A stretch of 64,000 nt of DNA from contig OX597823.1 of the NCBI GenBank assembly GCA_951406725.2, forward strand, positions 22,692,001 through 22,756,000, written 5' to 3'. A program made the position numbers and the translations under genes. The stretch is from Octopus vulgaris. Its lineage: Eukaryota. Position 1 is the stretch's first letter. The number at the start of each line of letters is the position of its first letter. The notes beneath the pieces are model-generated. The model worked only from the letters and a program-made list of their open reading frames with translations. It ran no database searches and was not told the DNA's origin. This document shows positions 54,618-64,000 of this stretch, in pieces.

Positions 54618-54664
54618 GGCTGGGTAGGTGGGGGAACTGGATAAGTGGGTAAGCGTGGCTATAC
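54618..54664 (-). CDS. Exon C (CIATLTHLSSSPTYPA)
   Basis: Acceptor tttgtatgtag, donor gtaagc, phase 1-0 matching both neighbours. Confidence 0.68.
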
Positions 54665-54787
54665 CTACATACAAATATATATACATATGTGTGTGTGTGT
54701 GTGTGTGTGTGTGAGTGTGTTTAGAGAGATAGATATACACATATACATACCTATATATACCTATATATATATATGAGTACACACACT

Positions 54788-54858
<71 letters not shown>

Positions 54859-54965
54859 TTGCCTGAATATTATATCCCTCCTCTTACTGTGTATATATAG
54901 AAATATATATATATATATTTATGAATACGCACACACACACACGCACACATACACGCACACACACA

Positions 54966-55047
<82 letters not shown>

Positions 55048-55479
55048 TTTCAGAACTATATAAAAGTCCAAAGCCTTGGTTTTTGATCTCATTCTGAAAA
55101 ATTTTTTTATATATACACATGCTGATATATGACCTACGTTGGACCCCTTCACGGTCTGAGTTCAAATTCTGCCAAGATCAACTTTGCTTTTCATCCTTTC
55201 GAGTGTCGATAAAATAAGAACCAGCTGAGCACTGGAGTCGATGAAATCGATTTATTTGCTCCCCCAAAATTGCTGGCCTAGTGCCAATATTTGAAAACAA
55301 TATTATTGATTCGTTTTGCATAAAAAAAAAATTTTAATAATGACAAATCTTGCATGGAAATTATTGATGCATTTCTAATTAAGAGTTACAAAAAGAACTA
55401 GTTTAAAAAAAATATATTAAATGAATTTTGCTTTATTGACCATAATTGTGGTATAATTAAATTATAAATAACATGCATG

Positions 55480-58100
55480 TGCGGCTTCTTTTTCTCTTTC
55501 TAATTTCGAATTCATTTTGACAGGCCTCTTGATTACAAAGTTGAGAAGCAAAGCATCATTTTGTTCATTATCCTTTAAATCTTAAGAAGGTGTTTCAGAT
55601 TTTTGTTGTCCCAGACACTGTTCATTTGTAACGTTTGAATTAAGGAGCTGCATTCTATCCTCAAGAACCCAAATTTAAACATACTGGTATGTAGCCATTT
55701 AATTTGGGACTCTTTACAGCCGGTACACAGATTACCAAGACTTCATCCAGTTCCTCATGCAGCAATTCGCAATAACTAAACTGTTTGTGGCTGCTGGCTA
55801 ATTTGGTAGACGATCTCGGAGAAGCAGTGGCGCAAGGGATATAGATTGCAGGCTTACACAGGCAGATATGTCCCGTTGGCCTGTACGTGTCCAGGGAAAG
55901 AAACACCAGGGGAGTGCATTCTGAAGAAAAGTTTTGGAGCTCAAAATTCAGGTAGTTTCAAGCAGACTAGATTACGAGTACATACGGGAATCCTTGAATT
56001 CAAGCGAATAAAAGTCAAGACTGGTTCGATAAGGTTTCCAGAACAAATACTCGATTGCAATGACCACTGAACAACTAGTGAGGGTTGGACCCTTTCGGCA
56101 CAGAAACACAAACCTAGAAACCCCACTTCTAATCTTGATGAAAACTTTAACTTATGTTTATAAGGACATTAGCATACCTCAGGCGTTCAACAGCTGCATT
56201 TATTCTTTTCTGAAAATTTGGTAGTTCTGCGCATTTACCAAAATATCAACGAGGAAAACCAACTTTCCAATGATTCCTTTTGAAATTAATTGCATTCAAA
56301 AACTTTCGGCCTATTTGCGATCTCTTCATTCTAAAGCTGGCATGCAACCTTTTCCGAGTAGATAGCTACATAAGACATGATACATCATCTCGCAGGCAGC
56401 GCTACTAAAAAAATTCAAGGAAATCTTTCTTTAATTGTGCCATTCAGAAAAGATCCGCGGGCCGCAGGTTGTCCATAGCTGTTTTTAAAAGATTAGTGTC
56501 AAGTCTTCAAATTTCATCAACTTTTTCTCCAAGAGATAAAAGTTGATGTCTTTGACTCCCGTAAATCCAGCTTCCACATTCTGAAGTGGGTACTTAAATG
56601 TCTGTACATGATTATCATGTCACTACATGATGCTTTATAATCTGCGCACGTAAGGAATCTGTACACATATGGAAGCTTCCATCCTTGGAAATTTATGTAT
56701 GTTGCATAGATTATGAAGTAATTTAGAAGTCCAGACTATGGGTGGTGAATTTTTAACACTTTCATATAAACATGGGGCAATTATTCTGTAAACTTATTAA
56801 TTCACTAACTTTGTTTTTCAACTGAATAGGCACCGGCTTAGCTGGACAAACTTTATCTTCAGTTGAAGGAATTAATGCAATTGATGCATTGAAATTGCTA
56901 ATTGGCTCTAAGCTTTCATGTAAATTAACGGAAAGAGAAGACACACCAGCATCAGATAGTTCACATCCAATAAATCCAGCATTTGGGAATTTCAGCAGCT
57001 ACAAAGTGCCCAGACAAGAAATATTATGACTGATGACAATTTATTTCTCTGATAATCTGCAATTCTGAACCATCCTAAGAAAACAGCAAAAGCTTCTGCC
57101 AAAATAAGTGGCAACAGAATCTCTTTACATATCTACAAGACTAGGTTTTGTGAACAACTTATTTTAACATTAGTAAAGTGATTTCCAGAAAATATGATCG
57201 TATTATTTATCATCATGACTCCCTGAATCCATATAACGTTCAGTTTATTCTATATCTATATTATGAAAAACCTCAAGTTGACAAGCTTTCATAAAATATC
57301 CAATTTTGACACTTCGGCTTGGAAGCAGGGCATCTTCGAACAAGGAATCCCCTTCTATAATCACCATAATTGCTGCTGATGTTTGATGAGTACCTTTAGA
57401 AAGATTGTTGTGGCCGTAGATTAGCTTTATTATTACTATTATAGAAATATTTCAGTTTTTGTGTCAATCTTATCAGTATTATTAAAAACCTCGAAAATTG
57501 GAATACTACTGCTACTTATTTCATTTTGTTTATCTATTTTCTATTTTACTGCTTGCAAAAAAATGTTGGGACCTTAAAAATACTAATATCCTTAGATATT
57601 CAGGCATCTAAAGGTACTCTATGATAAGCAATTTATGTTTCATATTTATAGATTTCTTGTTAGATAAGTAAACCATCTAAATTAACTCCTGTTAAATATC
57701 ATCTTTCAACTGTTTAAAATATCAAAAATAAGCTGAAGAGTTAAGACTCATGAGAAAAAATTTGTTGGTAACTCATTTTTGTACTTGATCTCCAACAAGT
57801 TCACCCTTCCAGAAATTATTAACATCTGCTTTGGTTATATTCCAGATTTGGTGGTTTCTATTTGTTCTTCATATAAAGTTTCATCAAGTGTTTTACAAGA
57901 CATATCTGTAATTTTATGACAGTTTCAATTCCACATTTTGAGAGGAATAATTCTCCAGAAGACACCTCTTGAAAATTTGAAAAACCTTCAGTATATTATC
58001 TGTTAATGTAAACCGACTAAGTCGTGTAACAGCTTGATTTCAGTCATCAAGACTACGTTATTTAGTTTCTTTTAATACTTTCCTTGATAATTATTCTATT
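55480..58100 (-). mobile_element. Heavily decayed Gypsy/Ty3 LTR retrotransposon internal region (intronic)
   Basis: In order on minus strand: RRCPASKPKC gag-knuckle remnant (~57320), CPAKPVPIQLKNKV, DGSFHMCTD, KYPLQNVE (RT start), then integrase-like LSLDTYRP and SPKLNGY. No LTRs recognised; ends approximate. Confidence 0.65.
56334..56481 (-). mobile_element. hAT (Charlie-like) MITE remnant nested in the Gypsy
   Basis: CAGCTATGGACAACCTGCGGCCCGCGG ... AAAGGTTGCATGCCAGCTT termini. Confidence 0.55.
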
Positions 58101-58223
58101 TACGGCCATTACGATCATTTAGTCTTATATAATTACATAATAATTATATAAAACTAAGCAATTAGTTCAAGTCTTCACTAACTTTATCCAATCTACACAC
58201 CTAGCTCTTACATCAACCCGTAC

Positions 58224-58299
58224 ATTTTAAATTGTCCTGGCCACATCCAGACATGCAGAAAGGCATTTCAGCGCCATAACGAATCAATGATATCCCTGT
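58224..58299 (-). CDS. Exon B (TGISLIRYGAEMPFCMSGCGQDNLK)
   Basis: Acceptor ctctattcatgcag, donor gtacgg, phase 0-1. Confidence 0.68.
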
Positions 58300-60399
58300 C
58301 TGCATGAATAGAGTGCAGTTTGTATTTTTTAGAAATATATTTCCAAAATTTTGTTAAAAACAGAGCCGTTGGGTAATCCAAGTATTATACAAAGCCAATC
58401 AAAGTACTGTAGAAATACAGCGTGTATAACATATTGATGCACATTAATCATTATTTTAGTATCAATATCGAAAGCCAATAGAAATAGAAGTTAGCTAACA
58501 CAACAAAGTATGAATTTAAAATTATTGTTGGGCAGACGCTGATTTATTGTATACAGAGATCTCAGCGAGTAATATAGTTTTGCATCCGGCTGTAATATCT
58601 CCATAATAAGATAAATTTTCGTTCAATCCTGGGTATTTATGTACTGCATGTTTAAAAGAAGAAAGAAAGGAAGCACAAAAGTGAATTGACAGCCATAATG
58701 TGTCTATATGTATGGGTATGTGTACGCATGTCTGCGTGTGTATGTATGTGTATTGATGTTTCTAAGAATGTATGCTTTTCCTGAAGTTTAATTAAATTAT
58801 TCTTCAGAGAATTTATTTATACATGTACATATGCACACATGTGTAAGTACATGTGTGTGCATGTATGTATATCTGTATCTATGCATGCTTGCTTGAGATT
58901 TATTTAAATTCTTTTTCGCAGAAATCAAGTTTGTATGTATGTATGTATGTATGTATGTATGTATGTATGTATGTATGTATGTATGTATGTATGTATGTGT
59001 GTGTGTGTGTTTATGTATGTATGCGAGAATTGTATATGTGTTAATACAAAAGACAAGACTACATGGTAAATACAAGATGTTGAACGTCCATGTATATATT
59101 TGCACATGAATGTATGGAACTAACTTTATGTGCGAGTATCTATATTTTATATGCATGCTTGTCTTGTTAGTATTCGTCTAAACTGGCCGCGTGCCCGTAT
59201 AAATAATGTATATATGAATTCATATGTATGTCTGTGTATATGTATGTATGCTTGTTTGTATGTGTATATATTTATGTTTTCCTTAGGAATTAAATTCTTC
59301 ACTGAATTCAACTGTATATGTATATGAGCGTATTCATGTATAAATATATAGCTGCGTGTCTGTATGTGCATTTATATGTATGTGTGTTTATGTATGTCTA
59401 AAGGAAGAGACTGTATGAACTCAAGAAAATATCATTCTGAACACTTGAAGGCAAAAAATGCTATCTCTTTTTCACAGTCTACCGTGTGAAAAATCAGATA
59501 CAAATAAGATACATGTGAGAAACATAATATATAACTCAGATATAATATATGAGAAACTGGTTATTTTTACTGATATTCCATACTTGACAATATAATTAGG
59601 GTCCCAATAAACACTAGAGTCGTATATTGTGTAAGGGCTCGCCTCTGAGTAGTAGACGCAAACTGCTGTCTAACTTATCCCTACCACCATAGCCTTGGGC
59701 ACTTCGAGTAGAGCTTATTCTGCTGGTCTTTGCTCTGGAGATAATTTCCTTCAATCCTCTCACCAGTAACTGAAAAGTATCATGGAGGCCTTGAAAGGCT
59801 TATGAGCGCTTCCCTTCTTCTTCTTCTTCTGGCGAAGGTATAGAACAAAAGGAAAAAAGGTGAACGGCTTTGAAGAACCGATTTCATTCCAAATGAAACG
59901 CTTAAGTTTCGTCGAACACGTATTAGTTATAAGCATGTCCTTTATGTAGAAGGTATAACAGGGAAAATTTGCAAAATATCTAACTCTAACACAAGACTAC
60001 GTATTTGTTTGGAAATTTTATACAACAAAGTGAACTGATATAGTATATTACTAGTACTTCTGTTATCGATCTGGGGCAGAATAAAAGACAAACATCGAAC
60101 TCTGCAGGTTGCTTAAACCCTTTTGACAAAAACCCATATAGAGAGCGCCCCCTCATCTCATGATACTGACTTGCTCTTTTAAAGGGAAGTACATTAACAC
60201 CTTCCAAGAAATTGTCATGTTAATTTATCCCTTTTGATAAAAAACCCATTTTATGCTATTACTCATTGAAATTGTTAAAGAAAGTCCTTAAATGTCGTAA
60301 AGTATTCTGTCCAGTGCTTTTCCTGTTCTGCTACTCCACAGTTGTCTCTTTAGTGGATGGAAACGTCGACGTTGTTGACCACTTCACTTAGCTCGGCTG

Positions 60400-60940
60400 T
60401 GTCGTGCAGTTGTGAACATACTGGACAAGGTAATTTGGCACTTCCACATCTGAGCAGGAGAATAAAGGCTCGCGTCTCCGAGTCTGTGGTCCTCTCTACC
60501 TTACTTTATAGTCGGGCTTTTATAGTTAAGGGCCCTTAGGAGCCGCTAGGGCTCCTTTGGTATCAGGACGCTTCTCGCAGAATAATGGGTTACCATTGGT
60601 CGGATTTCGTATCCAAGTAACGATTATACTCAGAAATTTGGATGCGTCCTGTTACTTTTGTTTTGGCAGCGTCAGCTCAGTCTGTTTGGCCATGTTGCTC
60701 GATTTTCCGAATTAGCTCCTGCATATCGTGTTTTCTTTTCTGAGGATCTGGCTGGGGTGATGACTCATGTTGGTCGACCACATGCCACATGGTCACTGCG
60801 GATGAAGATGTATCTCACAGAGATGAGGATTGTCTGCGACACTGCTCAGAAGATTGCTCGGTACAACCCAAGCAAATGCTGACAAATGATAAATGGAGCG
60901 ACGCGCTGCAAATGTGCATGTCTCGACACTTGACCTGACC
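60400..60940 (+). mobile_element. RTE/RTE-X LINE 3' end, decayed
   Basis: IKARV...VLSTLLYS, RRIMGYHWSDFVS, RQLSLFGHVARF, GRPHATW; ends TGACCTGACC. Confidence 0.75.
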
Positions 60941-61559
60941 CTTTGTATTTACATGTGGATTGATGAATCAACAAGGGAATTCTCTACGTGCCCGTGCAAC
61001 ATACAAGAAAAAGAAGTCAAATTTCTTTCGGATAACATTCACATTCAACAGTCATTATAAAGGAAGATCTAAAACGAAGATGGGATGGTTACGATCGCCG
61101 TCTTTAAAAAAGGGTTACAAAATAATGTAGTACTGGATATATATACAAAACTGTGGAATGGTCATTGCTCTAACGTCTTTGAGCTTATATTTACTCGTTT
61201 GCAAGGTGTAGGTTGATGAGTCAATGATGTGGTTCCCTAAAGGACCTCTCTACGTGCTAGGAATACCAGTCAAATACCCTTCATACCACACCTAACTATC
61301 TTTTTGTACGAAAAGAATCATCGTTAATGTAATCTTATAACTACTACGCTTGGAACTAAAAAAGACGAGAGTCATGGTTAGAACGCTTTTGAGCATGTCT
61401 ACTTGAGGCTAAACAAAACAACATATGGATTGACAGTGATTTACTTGAAAACCTTGATTAAGTTGTTTAATTTATATCCCATCCTTCTTCAGTCTTTCCA
61501 AAGAGGCGCCACCAGCTCATGTAAGAAAGAAAAAAAAACACTTAGAAACAAAGCTGCAC

Positions 61560-61727
61560 ATTTTCCAATAGTCTATCGACTAAATCGAGGTTCTGGGACA
61601 GTAGAGTACAAAACAATATACACAAAGTATTCAACTCTGCATGTTTAGCCCGTTGCCAAAAACTGTGACGTCGAGATGTGTAACAAATTACTTTCGTTCC
61701 AACACTTCGTTCTGAATCTTTAAAAAT
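61560..61727 (-). CDS. Exon A of an unrecognised protein-coding gene (IFKDSERSVG...DRLLEN)
   Basis: Strong acceptor ttttttttctctatag; 56 open codons, phase 0-0. Donor gtgcag is weak. Confidence 0.6.
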
Positions 61728-61789
61728 CTATAGAGAAAAAAAAAATAATATAAAACAGATAAATCAAATAAATTAATAAATGAATTAGG

Positions 61790-61824
<35 letters not shown>

Positions 61825-62592
61825 AAGGAGGGGTAAAAGACTAAACGAAATGCATTTGATATAACTAGTGGTATGCTTCAAAACTAAATTCGTGGAAGCG
61901 GAGGAAAAAAAAAAGAGAAAAAGATTATATAAGGTAGAAGAGAAGAAATAACTGGAGCGATACAAGCATTGACTAATGTATGTAGTAGATAGAGAATAAA
62001 AGACTATCTAATGTACGTTAATTGAAAAAAAATTAAGCTTCTGTTATGGAAAAGCTCTTTAGGAATGTGTTCCAAATGCTTGATGTTCCTGGAAATGTGG
62101 ATTCACCAACTGCAGACTGGAGTCATGTACTACTAATTTAAATTGATTGGGGTTGGAAGAAAGAGAAGAAATATACATGCAAAAGAAAAAAAAATACTTG
62201 TAGAAGTATTGATTTGTGCGAAGTCATTGAATAAATTCAGAGTAATAAATATATTTGTTATGTTCTCAATTATGTGCAGAGGAGCGTTCAACTGCCAGAG
62301 ACAGTTTCGCAATAATAATGATTTTTTTCTTCTTCTCTTTACGTAGGCACAAAAAGCCTAAGAATTATAAAGAGAGAAGATAAGTTTGAGGCTGTGTGAA
62401 GTGCATTAACACCAGAGATGGGAACCTTTTTTTTTTTTTTTTGCGGCTGCCCCACCCATTAGAAATAGCAACCAAATCACACTTAAATGATATCCTGTAC
62501 CCTAAAAAATATAGTCACATTGGATAATGTTTGTTGAATCTACAATCACGCGGCTGCAGCACTTTTGATCACATATTTTCCCAAATAGAATC

Positions 62593-62654
<62 letters not shown>

Positions 62655-62655
62655 G

Positions 62656-62710
<55 letters not shown>

Positions 62711-62730
62711 CAGCAGCAGCAGTAGTAGTG

Positions 62731-62785
<55 letters not shown>

Positions 62786-62834
62786 CAGCAGCAGCAGCAG
62801 CAGTAGCAGTAGTAGTAGTAGTAGTAGTAGTAGT
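62593..62834. repeat. (TAG)n/(CAG)n compound microsatellite
   Basis: Directly visible. Confidence 0.95.
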
Positions 62835-63039
62835 CAAGCGAAATGGTGATGAATAAGAACTGAAGCCAACCCGAATTGACTGAATGTCAAATTAATATTT
62901 AGACTAAAGAAAACGCTGAATAACAGAATGTCAGAACACCGTAATTTACTTATACTTCTTTGAGTTCAAGTCCTGATGACGTCAGTTTTTTCTCTTCATC
63001 CGTGGCCGCCGAAATAAGGTGCCGATTGAGTATTCAGGA

Positions 63040-63262
63040 CAAGGCAACTCGGCTACGGCTATCCCGTCCAGTACGAGAGGAACCGCGGGATCACAACAAC
63101 GGTTTGCGCGCTCGCTCGATAGAGCGGTGGTGCCAGGCTGCCTCTGAGTGATAACGGCTGAACGCCTCTAAGCCGGAACCGTAGCTGGACCCGAGTTGTT
63201 TTCCAAAAGCGTCTCAACCTCAAGGCGCATGCCTTAGCTCGGCGTTCGCCGTCAGCCCGTCG
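63040..63262 (+). rRNA. Isolated fragment of the 3' domain of 28S rRNA (sarcin-ricin loop region); not a full rDNA unit
   Basis: AGTACGAGAGGAAC at 63070-63083 inside an atcccg/cgggat stem, followed at the expected spacing by GGCTGAACGCCTCTAAGCC. Confidence 0.85.
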
Positions 63263-64000
63263 CAATATTGAGCTGATGTTAGAAATCAATATTTAGATTA
63301 AATAAAGTAGTGAATGGTAAAATCAGTAGAGCGTTATACAACATGACATGAGATATTAAGTTACTCTTCTATACGTTATAATGGTGCAAGCATGGCCGTG
63401 TAGTTAATAGGTTTGCATTCCAACTGTATGGTTTCTGGTTCAATACAGCTGCGAGGCACGTTCCGGTAAATGCCTTCTATCACAGCCTTGGGTTCACCAA
63501 AACCTCATGATGGATGAAAGCTATATGGAATCCAGTCTTGTTCTTGGATGATTGACTTATATTTAATCCGTATATTATTTTAACATCCCTACCTAGGTTT
63601 TCAGTACCTTTAGCGGTTCCTACTCTTTAAGTATGCAAGCCAGGTCACCACCCTGGGTGTTATTTCCTCCCACCATTCGGGAGGGCTTTGAAATAGTATA
63701 TGGACATTTACCTTTCTCTTTTGCCAGAACTATAGAAGGTAAAAATAATTTCAGTTTAACCGAGTCGCTTCACCTTTCATTTACCGGTAATAATAAGAAA
63801 CATGCGGGTCAAAAACTGGAGTCCACAAGATACTTTCCTCCACAGCATCCAAAATTCATAGCGATGTACTTGTACTAAATTTAAATAACTGTCCAACAGG
63901 GACTAGAGATTAGGCGATGGGGAAGAACAGTCTACGAAATCCTTTCAATCCCAGTTTAGTACTTTATTTTATCGATCCCGAAATATTGGAAAAATCAGGT

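Noticed and set aside
62015-62112. Possible extra exon (NIKHLEHIPKELFHNRS)
   Set aside because: No phase-compatible donor to join exon A.

Overview
AT-rich, microsatellite-saturated animal genomic DNA. The SINE families, (TA)n/(TATG)n/(CA)n density and TE mix point to a cephalopod, probably Octopus (inference). Almost all ORFs in the supplied track are microsatellite artefacts. Real content: (1) a near-complete Neptune-type Penelope-like element (PLE) on the minus strand (~41.2-45.2 kb). It has an upstream coiled-coil ORF1 joined to the RT/GIY-YIG ORF by a U-UUU-UUA slippery site in exact -1 register (candidate programmed frameshift), plus a U3:A8-type hammerhead-like motif in its 3' end. (2) Several more hammerhead ribozyme (HHR) motifs in PLE-type remnants, including a non-coding ~430-bp partial-tandem unit resembling a retrozyme and a hairpin whose arm starts at the HHR cleavage site. 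(3) Five phase-compatible small exons forming the 3' end of an unrecognised minus-strand gene (51.1-61.7 kb), with a decayed Gypsy element in one intron. (4) Decayed Tc1/mariner, R4/Dong-like, RTE, Helitron and hAT elements, and three tRNA-type SINE families, one moving as a trimer. (5) A divergent but structure-conserving 28S rRNA 3' fragment containing the sarcin-ricin loop. All calls were made by eye, without database searches.
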